Source of the DNA: Spizellomyces punctatus DAOM BR117
Taxonomy: Eukaryota
Assembly (NCBI GenBank): GCA_000182565.2
Contig: KQ257474.1
Direction: 5' to 3' (one strand)
Length of the DNA: 64,000 bases
Each line of letters opens with the position of its first letter. The first letter of the stretch is position 1. A program made the position numbers and the translations under genes. Below, one piece after another: positions 10,202 through 20,300 of the stretch. A model generated the notes under the pieces. It saw only the letters and a list, made by a program, of their open reading frames with translations, searched no databases and had not been told where the DNA came from.

Positions 10202-13187
10202 AGGCCTAACAGGGGTGTTGAGCTAGCTGCGGTGGCCTCAAGAGGGTTTTCGATGAGAAAAGTTTGGGCTGCCATGCGCGTCTGTCCCGTGATTAACATG
10301 GTTAATCTAGACTTCTGAGCTTTGGCTTTGGTCAGCCGTGGCATTGACACATCCTTCATGAATTCGCCCTGCTTGGTCTTGTATGGCATGCTGTGCATGT
10401 GATCGGTGTCCAGCTCATCTGTTATGGAGCAAGGGATAAGGATGTCCGGATTCTTGAGCATCACCACGAAACTGGGTAACAGGGGTTCCTGAACCAAGGT
10501 TTGGAGTTTCAAATGTCCCAGAACGTCATTGGCTAGGATGATGAGAGATTTCCTGTATGCAATGACTTGGAAATAGGCGCAGAAAGTCAGGTATTCTCCT
10601 CCGCAGCCTCTGAGGGAAGTTTCAAGGCATACTGTCTTGGTAGATGAGATATGTCCACCAATGCCATTGAAAGCCATCATTTCTGCATCCTGCAAATCGG
10701 TTTTGGAGAACAGAAGGCCCTGGTACGTGTCGGAAACCAGAGACTCACAGGCTCCTGTGTCTAGTACCACAGGTGCCCAGAGCTGAGCGATGATGGCTAG
10801 CATCCAGCAAGGCTGTGTTTGGGTCTTGGTCTGGCTTTTGAGTACATTGCCTAAATCTACCAAGTAGAAGGCGTTGATGGAAGGCACTGTGACCTCGAAA
10901 TGGGGCGCAATGTCGTTACTTGTTGCTTCTGTAGCCTTGATTGCACTCTCAAAGTGCTCTCTAGATTTGTTGTTTTGTGGTTTTGTTGTTTTATTCTGGC
11001 GAGCAACTTGTTCGATAGCCAGCATGACTATACGCGTCCGTTCGCTCTCTTCGTGTCTTTGGAGACGTGGATGGTCTTTAACGTGCAGAAATTTGGGGTT
11101 TCCGTGATGATAATAATAGTCTGAGCGAACGATATTGCCTGTCAGGAGAAATGCCACCAGTTGCAGGTTGGCATAAGAATCAAAGATAACAGGATCTTCG
11201 GAGCTCCACATCAAGAATTTCTCACACTCGTTGAGCCTTATCCAGGCAAGGAGGATCAAACGAGGGGTACCGTCTTCTCGGACTTTTCACAGGATTCGAT
11301 CCTTGTCAGCTTCGGCTGCGGCAGCAATGTAGAGGTGGTGGGAACTCCACGCGACTGCGTAGGGGTCGTTCCCAAGGTGCCCGGTGCCTCGCTTCGGTTC
11401 TTTGGCGAAGAAGCTGAGCGCGCGGGGGTTGTTGCCCATCATCAGAGCCACTTGCGGGGTGCCCCAGATGATGGCTATGTTGTCCCAGACTTGGTCCCAG
11501 CCCTGCGTGGGCATGCGGGGGTCCTCTTCCTTGGTCACCGTGACCTTGGAAAGAGGTGCGGTCATCAAAATTGTTGATTCCGAGTGCTCGGGTGAATGAA
11601 AGAATCCGATGGTGTGGAATCCTTGATTAGCGGCGGCTGTCCTTTCCAGTTCCGAAGCCGAAAAAAGAGTCTCGGTGGTAGCGGACGTCGAGTCCAGCTC
11701 CACTATGTATGACTTCTTGGACTCCTGTTTGGGTTTCCAACCTGCGGGCATGGGTGCTCCATATGGTCCCTTCTTTCCATCTTCAGGATCTTTTCGGTTC
11801 GGGTTCTGCCAGCAGAAAACATTCCAATGCTTTTTCTGACAGAATTTGCAGGGTGCTGGTGGTTCTGTGTTGGGGTCCGGAACCATCTTCTGAGGGCCGT
11901 CGCGACCCTTTTCGGGGTTTCCGGTTTTATGTTGAGCCGTCTGCTTAGGGCCTTTGTCGATTGCGGTCTTTTGTGACTTCTTCTGAGCTTCAGCAGCACC
12001 GCTGTAGCAAGGGTCTCGTTTTCTGGTGTCATCAGAGCCGAAATAAAGGCACAGGAAGTCTTTTAATTTGGTCAGCTTCGTGACGTTACAGGATTTGACC
12101 ATGATTTGGATGTTGCTGGGCAATTGTTTGACTATTAGGTTGAAATGCTGGTCAGCAGGACATTCTATGTTTGCCCAGTCGCCATAAGCAAGGTGCTGGA
12201 GATGAGTTTTGTGGTTGATGAATGCAAGAAAGCTGTGAAATTCTTTGGGGTTTGCATGACAGCACACATATTCAGCTTTGTGCTTGGATTCGGTTAGGGG
12301 GTCTCGGAACTCTTGAAGCAGTTCTTCCTTCCACCTTTTCCAGGTCCATGAGCAAGTTTCCTGGGCTTCCAGAGTGTAAAACCAGGTGTTGGCAGGGGTT
12401 TTCTTGGCTATCATGGCTGGTAGGAGCTGTACCATCCTGGCATCTGATGTTGTGCTAATGTTTTGAAGAAGTTGGACTTTGTTAAGCCATTCTTCAATGT
12501 CTTGGTTTCTTTTGCCTGTAAACTTGGGTATGTCCTTTGCTTTCAAGGAATTGACCTTGGTGTTGCTGGCCCACGGGGCCACTGGCACTTGGATTGGAGG
12601 CACCGCACCTGAAAAACTTGGTTCGGTACGCTCCCTTGGTGTGTCCGCCGTTTCCCACGGGGTTGCGGACCGTTCTCTTGTAGCTCGTGCTATGAGAGGT
12701 TGTTCAGGCAGCGGGTGATGCGCTAGGGCTTCTAAGGCTCATGTGAGGTGCTCATCCACCGCTGTCTGACATTCAGAAAGCCTATGAAGCTGTTCCATAA
12801 GATTTTGAGTTGCCAACTGCATTGCAGCAGTTGAGCGGGCAATGTCTTCTTTTAATGCTGCCACTTCAGAGGCCATCATGGCCAAGTTAGGGGCTTCTGG
12901 TTTGATGGAAGTGGTCCCTGAATGCCTTGGGTGTGTTGCGGGAGAGACTTTGACGTCCTCTGCAGGACCCTGACTATGAGTCTGGATCACAGGTGAGTGG
13001 CCTCATGTTGGTGAGTGTTTGACCAGCATCATTCTCGGTTTCATGAAGTTCTGTCTCCGAAACAAGAGAAAAAGTTTCTGAGTAGCTACCTGAGTGGATC
13101 TCGGTTTGTGCAAGAGTTTTGGTATGACCAAATAAGGTTTTCAGCTGAATTTGAGAGGGGAAGGCAGTTTGTTGTGCTTCTCCACCA

Positions 13188-13760
13188 TGTAATGGATTTT
13201 TTGTAGGTAGACTACGGTAAAGACAACTTGGGTCTCCTAGCAGGTTATGTGGGTGTCCGTACTAGGAATCATAGTCTCTGAATCCTTTCTTTGGGTGTTG
13301 GTAGTGAATTGGGGGTGAGAGGCAAGAAGAGTTGGTTAGTTGTGAACCGAGCAGGATTTAGAGGCTTCAGTGCAGGTGATCAGGCTGTTGAAGTGCTCTG
13401 TTAGGTTCCTGGTAACCTAAGATTGGAGTTGAGAAGCTAGTTGTGGGGATTTTGTGTTGCTATGGCTTCTGCCCTGCTGACTTATTTTTTTGAATTTGTC
13501 TTTTTATACAAGAATATGCTATGGTAACATCTACACTAGTTTCCGTAGCCTTCATTAGGGTGGCGGCATCTGATCTTCCCATCTCGGACCATTGCCATGA
13601 TTGATCATGGCTGTGTAACATATCCTTCACGCTGCGCTGGTGTAGCCCAGAACCGAGCTTGATCTTAGGGGTTTTGAAGCTTAGGTTACAATTGCAGAAA
13701 CCTCAATCGTGGTCACCTGATGCCTTTGAGCAAACTGGTCTATCAGAGTCATTCGCTACA
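13188..13760 (-). repeat. Family A 5' LTR of A2 (type-2 U3)
   Basis: Reverse complement of 17749-18320, followed by PBS TGGTGGAGAA. Confidence 0.93.
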
Positions 13761-13982
13761 TTTTCCTGCTTCAAATCTCTTTTCTGATGGCCACACCATC
13801 TTCCTGACAGACCTATCCTCTTCCCAACCTCATATTTGCACCACCTACCACACCAGGATGCAATTTCACCTCTTCCCCAACAGCAAATTCACTCACCCAA
13901 TCAGCTCAGACATGTCAAACACAGACTTGGACACCAAACTCACAATGGAAAAGTTCAGTGGCATGAACTGCCACCTCTGGAA
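13761..13982 (+). mobile_element. Copia family C fragment: 5' leader and gag start (MSNTDLDTKLTMEKF)
   Basis: Reverse complement of ~38480-38698; joined to an opposite-orientation C LTR at microhomology tggaa. Confidence 0.85.
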
Positions 13983-15376
13983 CACTGATTTCCCATGTAG
14001 AAATCACTTCTGAAAGGCCTAGTAATGCCTGTGGCCACTAGTAAGACTTCTGGGTGCAGTAACTTGTGGGATAACACACTTGTATTAATCCAGAGACGTT
14101 CAAAAGCCCCCTTTATATAACCCAGTACATTCTCCAGCCTCCCTCCACCTTTGTTTACTGTTTACATGCTTCAGCCCACTTGTTTACATGCTCAGCCATG
14201 CTCAGCAATGCTGAGCAGCTTCAGCCATGCCTTGGCAAACATTACCTGAACATCTAGATCATCACAAACCTTCCGGACCTTCTAAGAGTGCTTACATAAT
14301 GATTTACCCCTTTAAATCATTCCGACACGCATCTGTGATCATTCTGATTACTCGAAGTCCAATTCCCCATGTTGTAACTTAGCCAAATCAGATGTGAACT
14401 GTCTAATGACATGCCAGCATGATCTCACATGATTTATAGATGATATAGCGTGGTTTAAGCCTGAATCTCAACACTCCCACTCAGTGAATCATCTGATTTC
14501 TGACAGAGACCCATTTTACCACAAAGTTTAAGGTACTTTGTCTTGGGTAAAGCCTTGGTGAGAATGTCAGCCATCATTTCTTCTGTCTGACAGTACTTGA
14601 GGCTGATTTTCTTGTCTTCTACTGCTTGTCTGATGAAGTGGTGCCGCACATCAATGTGTTTGGTCCTTGCATGATGTGTTGGGTTGTTGGCAAGTGCTAT
14701 GGCGCCCTGATTGTCACCATACAATGTTGTAGGACCACTTTGCTGATATCCTAGCTCGCCTAGAAGTGTTCTGAACCAGATAACTTCCTTGGTAGCTTGA
14801 CAAAGAGCCATGTACTCTGACTCCGTTGATGATAGAGCGACTGTGGGTTGCCTCTTGCTTTGCCAGCTGACTGTGCTGCTGCCAATCTTGACTAAGAAGC
14901 CAGTGGTAGACTTCCTGAAGTCCAAATCACCGCCCCAATCTGCATCAGAGTATGCAGATAGCTCCCACTTGCTCTGAATGCCACCCAGTTGAAGTCCTAG
15001 GTCTGTGGAGCCATTCAGGTACTGCATGATCCGTTTGACTGCTATCCAGTGCTGATGTCCAGGGTTGGAAAGGTACTGGCTAACTGATCCAACTGCTGCT
15101 GCTATGTCTGGTCTGGTGCCCAGCATTGCATAAATGAGACTTCCAACAGCACTTCTGAAAGGAACCCCATTCATTTCTTGCTGTTCTGCCTCAGTTTGTG
15201 GTGACATGGCCTTGGTGAGCTTCTGGCCATTCTCTAGTGGTGTGGCAACTGGTTTGCTGTTACTCATATTAAATTTCTTCAATGTTTGACTGAGGTACCG
15301 CTGTTGGGAGAGCCAGATTGACCTGTTGACTCTGTCCCTGAGCACTTGAATGCCAAGAAAATGCTCTAATTGGCCC
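13978..15376 (-). mobile_element. Copia family C 3' fragment: RT end, RNase H, PPT and 3' LTR (13978-14473)
   Basis: ORF 14455-15345 with YSDADW, ALSSTESEY, GDNQGA, KHIDVRHHF, ADILTK. Confidence 0.93.
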
Positions 15377-15806
15377 TGTGACAGAATTCTTCTGTCAGTG
15401 CTATAGTTATACTGGTTAGATGTGGTTCCAAACTAGTGGTCACATGACTTTGCTGATGGTGTCAGCATTCATTTGACCAGAATTAGATAAATAAGCAGAT
15501 TTAGCCATTTCTGGCCAAATTAGATGAGTATTCTGACACACTGGCATCTGCCCCTTTCAATCAAGTGGCACAGTGTATTTAGGATGACATGTATGAGTTC
15601 TGATTGGTTGCAAATGGTGCAATAGGCTGACAAATAGTTTAGGATGATGTGGGTGAGATCTGATTGGGTAGTTAGGATATAGCATTTGTCAGCCCCTTTG
15701 TCTATAAAAAGAGGACCTCTCTGAGGCCCCTCAAGGAAAAATAACAAGTAGTAACCAAGTCTTCCCTAGTTGACTGTTGTCTTCTTGTCCCTGCTAGCCT
15801 GTTACA
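15377..15806 (+). repeat. Family B 5' LTR (430 bp)
   Basis: TGTGACA...TGTTACA; matches 30648-30704 + 34810-35187. Confidence 0.95.
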
Positions 15807-15816
15807 TGGTAGCACC
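15807..15816 (+). promoter_or_regulatory. Family B primer-binding site, probably initiator tRNA-Met
   Basis: TGGTAGCACC, one CpG-type transition from the Ty1/Ty3 PBS TGGTAGCGCC. Confidence 0.7.
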
Positions 15817-16018
15817 ACCTTAGACAACAACCCCAGACTCTTAGACCTTCTGTGAGAGATCAGAAGCTAAGATCCCCAGACCCCCAGAACCTGCCCTAGA
15901 CCTTCTGAGTAATATCAGAAGACCAACAGACCCCAGACCCCAGACCCAGCCTTAGTCCTTCTGAGTAATATCAGAAGACCCCTGCCTCTTATCCCAGACC
16001 CAACTTATGCCCAGAACC

Positions 16019-16523
16019 TGTTGAGATTCAACCACACTGTATGATCTATAAATCATGTGAGATCATGCTGGGATGTCATTAGACAGTTCACATCTGATTT
16101 GGCTAAGTTACAACGTGGGGAATTGGACTTAGAGTAATCAGAATGATCACAGATGCGTGTGGGAATGATTTTAAGGGGTAAATCATCATGTAAGCACTCT
16201 TAGAAGGTCTGGAAGGTTTGTAACGATCTAGATCTTCAGGTAATGTTTGCCAAGGCATGGCTGAAGCTGCTGAGCATTGCTGAGCATGGCTGAGCATGTA
16301 AACAAGTGGGCTGAAGCATGTAAACAGTAAACAAAGGTGGAGGGAGGCTGGAGAATGTACTGGGTTATATAAAGGGGGCTTTTGAACGTCTCTGGATTAA
16401 TACAAGCATGTTATCCCACAAGTTACAGCACCCAGAAGTCTTGCTAGCGGCCACAGGCATTACTAGGCCTTCCAGAACTGATTTCTACACGGGAAATCAG
16501 TGTTCCAAGCACTAAGTTCAATA
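16019..16523 (+). mobile_element. Copia family C solo LTR inserted in B leader
   Basis: TGTTGAG...TTCAATA flanked by 5-bp TSD GAACC. Confidence 0.95.
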
Positions 16524-16977
16524 GAACCCCCCTCAAGGACTCCTACAGACCAGCTCACACCACTCCATACCACAAACCTACCCCCAGCACAACCTCCAGA
16601 ACAACTACCAGACACACCCAGACTCTTGCCCCAGAACACCTCAGCATCCAGAATCCAAAGACCTACTTTGCTGGCAGCACACCAGACCTGAAGATCCCCT
16701 TGGAACTCAAACCCCTCTTTGAGTCACAACTAGGTCATCTGAAAAGGATTGTAGAAGATAGTTCTGGTGAACCTATCAGTTGGTTAGCATTAGAAGCTCT
16801 GATAAAACAGATAGAGCTTTTCTATTGTGGGATTGTGAAGAAGCTGTACAGTCCCCCTGTATCCTCCCCACCAGTTGTACTTGTAAGTAATATTGCATAT
16901 TTTGGGCCTGTGACCCACCCTATTGTTATTGTTACAAGTAATATTGTAACTACCCAAGACTCCACCCCATTACCACC

Positions 16978-17748
16978 ATGACCAGCCAGGAAGAGATTCT
17001 CTTCAACACCATTGCTGAGCTTGACATAGACCAGGTCAGGCAGGAGCTTTATCAAGCAAAGCTCCAGCAGCTGAACTCCACCACACCAGCCACTGCTCAG
17101 TACCAACCCAGAGTAGATAAATCCCTGGTAAAAGTCCTCCAAAGCAAGTTGAAGCCCTACAAAGGCAACAGGAATGTCCAAGAGATTAGGACATACCTCC
17201 TCAGACTTGAAGAGTACTTCCAGGCAGCTGCAGATCTATCACCAGAAGGCCAACTGTTAGTAGCCACCACCTACTTGGAACTCCATGCTGAAGTCTGGTG
17301 GCAAAGCCATGTCAAGAACCACCCAGTAGGATCCCCTCTCAGAATCCAGTCTTGGGACCAGTTCAAGAGAGCCCTTCAAGAGAACTTCCTCCCAGCAAAT
17401 GCCACCAGAGCAGCAAGAGACCAGTTGGCCAGGCCCAAACAACAAGGCTCAGTAAAGGAGTACCTGAACCAGTTCAATACTTTATGCCTTCAGGTGGATG
17501 ACTTGTCAGAAGCTGAAAAGTTAGACAAGTTTATCAGAGGGCTTAAACCCAGGGTTCAGGAACAACTGGAGCTTAATCCCACCAGTACCATCAACTTAGC
17601 CACAGCTGCAGCAACAGCTGATAGGATTGACCAGATCCAGCTCAGCTACCAGAGAAGAAGCCAGGCCACCAGCTACTACTCCCCCAAGACTGAGAACTCT
17701 GGAGTAGTCCCTATGGAGATAGATAGTATATCCACCAACTCTGGGAAG
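16978..17748 (+). pseudogene. gag: Family B gag, N-terminal part (interrupted by A3)
   Basis: Retrotrans_gag-like: AEVWW, SWDQFKRAL, QQGSVKEY, FIRGL, VPMEID. Confidence 0.88.
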
Positions 17749-18320
17749 TGTAGCGAACGACTCTGATAAACCGGTTCACTCAAAGGCATCAGGTGACCAC
17801 AATTGAGGTTTCCGCAATTGTAACCTAAGCTTCGAAACCCCTAAGATCAAGCTTGGTTCTGGGCTACACCAGCGCAGCGTGAAGGATATGTTACGCAGCC
17901 ATGATCGATCATGGCGATGGTCCGAGATGGGAAGATCAGACGCCGCCACCCTAATGAAGGCTATGGAAACTAGTGTAGATGTTACCGTAGCATATTCTTG
18001 TATAAAAAGAGGAATTCAATAAAATAAGTCGGCGGCCAGAAGCCGTAGTGACACTAAATCCCCACAACTAGCTTCTCAACTCCAATCTTAGGTTAACAGG
18101 AACCTAACAGAGCGCTTCAACGGCCTGATCACCCGCACTGAAGCCTCTAAATCCTGCTCGGTTCACAACTAACCGACTCTCCTTGCCTCTCGCCCTCAAG
18201 TTGCTACCGACACCCAAAGAAAGGATTTGGAGACTACGATTCCTAGTACGGACACCCACATAACCTGCTAGGAGACCCAAGTTGTCTTTACCATAGTCTA
18301 CCAACAAAAAATCTGTTACA
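17749..18320 (+). repeat. A3 5' LTR (type-2 U3)
   Basis: Near-identical to 26001-26572. Confidence 0.95.
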
Positions 18321-18330
18321 TGGTGGAGAA
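18321..18330 (+). promoter_or_regulatory. Family A primer-binding site, probably tRNA-Ala
   Basis: TGGTGGAGAA is complementary to a ...TTCTCCACCA tRNA 3' end typical of tRNA-Ala. Confidence 0.6.
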
Positions 18331-20007
18331 GCATGACGAACTGCCTTCCCCTCTCAAATTCAGCTGAAAACCTTATTCGGTCATACCGAAACTCTTGCGC
18401 AAACCGAGATCCGCTCAGGTAGCTACTCGGAAACCTTTTCTCTCATTTCGGAAACAGACTTCACGAAACCGAGAATGATGCCGGTCGAACGCTCTCCAAC
18501 GCGAGGCCGCTCACCTGTGATCCAGACTCATAGTCAGGGTCCTGCGGAGGACGTCGAAGTCCCTCCTGCAACACGCCCAAGGCGTTGAGGGACCACTTCC
18601 GTCAAACCGGAAGCCCCTAACTTGGCCACGATGGCCTCTGAAGTGGCAGCGTTAAAAGAAGACATTGCCCGCTCGACTGCTGCAATGCAGTTGGCAACTC
18701 AAAATCTTACGGAACAGCTTCATAGGCTTTCCGAACGTCAGACAGCGGCGGATGAGCACCTCGCACGAGCCTTAGAAGCCCTAGCGCATCGCCCGCTGCC
18801 TGAACAACCTCTCATAGCATGAGCTACAAGAGAACGGTCCGCAACCCCGTGGGAAACGTCGGACACACCAAGGGAGCATACCGAACCAAGTTTTTCAGGT
18901 CCGGTGCCTCCAATCCAAGTGCCAGCGGCCCCGTGGGCCAGCGACACCAAGGTTGATTCCTTGAAAGCAAAGGACGTACCCGAGTTTACGGGCAAAAGAA
19001 ACCAAGACGTTGAAGAATGGCTCAACAAAGTCCAACTTCTTCAAAACGTTAGCGCAATGTTGGATGCCAGGATGGTACAGCTCCTACCAGCCATGATAGC
19101 CGAGAAAACCCCTGCTGACGCTTGGTTTTACACTCTGGAAGCCCAGGAAACTCGCTCGTGGACCTGGAAAAGGTGGAAAGAAGAACTGCTTCGAGAGTTC
19201 CAAGATCCCCTAACTGAGTCCAAGCGCAAAACCGAATATGTGCGCTGCCACGCGAACCCCAAAGAATTTTGCAGCTTTCTTGCGTTCATTGACCACAAAA
19301 CTCATCTCCGGCGCCTCGCATACGGCGACTGGGCAAACATAGAATGTCCCGCTGACCAGCATTTTGACCTAATAGTCAAACAATTGCCCAGCGACATCCA
19401 AATCATGGTCAAATCCTGTAACGTCACGAACCTGACCAAATTAAAAGACTTCCTGCGCCTTTATTTCGGCTCTGATGACACCAGAAAACGAGACCCTTGC
19501 TACAGCGGTGCTGCTGAAGCTCAGAAGAAGTCACAAAAGACCGGAACCGACAAAGGCCCTAAGCAGACGGCTCTGCATAAAACCGGAAACCCCGAAAAGG
19601 GTCGCGATGGTCCTCAGAAGATGGTTCCGGACCCCAACAAGGAACCACCGGCACCCTGCAAATTCTGTCAGAAAAAGCATTGGAATGTTTTCTGCTGGCA
19701 GAACCCGAACCGAAAAGATCCTGAAGATGGAAAGAAGGGACCATATGGAGCACCCATGCCCGCAGGTTGGAAACCCAAACAGGAGTCCAAGAAGTCATAC
19801 ATAGTGGAGCTGGACTCGACGTCCGCTACCACCGAGACTCTTTTTTCGGCTTCGGAACTGGAAAGGACAGCCGCCGCTAATCAAGGATTCCACACCATCG
19901 GATTCTTTCATTCACCCGAGCACTCGGAATCAACAATTTTGATGACCGCACCTCTTTCCAAGGTCACGGTGACCAAGGAAGAGGACCCCCGCATGCCCAC
20001 GCAGGGC

Positions 20008-20300
20008 TGGGACCAAGTCTGGGACAACATAGCCATCATCTGGGGCACCCCGCAAGTGGCTCTGATGATGGGCAACAACCCCCGCGCGCTCAGCTTCTTC
20101 GCCAAAGAACCGAAGCGAGGCACCGGGCACCTTGGGAACGACCCCTATGCAGTCGCGTGGAGTTCCCACCACCTCTACATTGCTGCCGCAGCCGAAGCTG
20201 ACAAGGATTGAATCCTGTGAAAAGTCCGAGAAGACGGTACCCCTCGTTTGATCCTCCTTGCCTGGATAAGGCTCAACGAGTGTGAGAAATTCTTGATGTG
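20008..20300 (+). other. Degenerate DIRS/Dam-like N6-adenine methyltransferase-like domain in family A polyprotein
   Basis: WGTPQVALMM...LGNDPYAVAWSSHHLYI...RIL(R)KVREDGTPRLILLAW parallels the DIRS MT pattern; by-eye only. Confidence 0.6.

Larger units (their letters stand above)
5728..13760 (-). mobile_element. Family A copy A2, decayed and 3'-truncated (lacks ORF X and 3' LTR), interrupted by a family B solo LTR
   Basis: Reverse-strand gag/PR/RT/RH/IN fragments homologous to A1/A3 with many CpG>TpG stops; 5' LTR and PBS present. Confidence 0.93.

Noticed and set aside
5728-13760. Classical Neurospora-type RIP as the cause of decay
   Set aside because: Changes are concentrated at CpG rather than CpA, fitting 5mC deamination; not formally quantified
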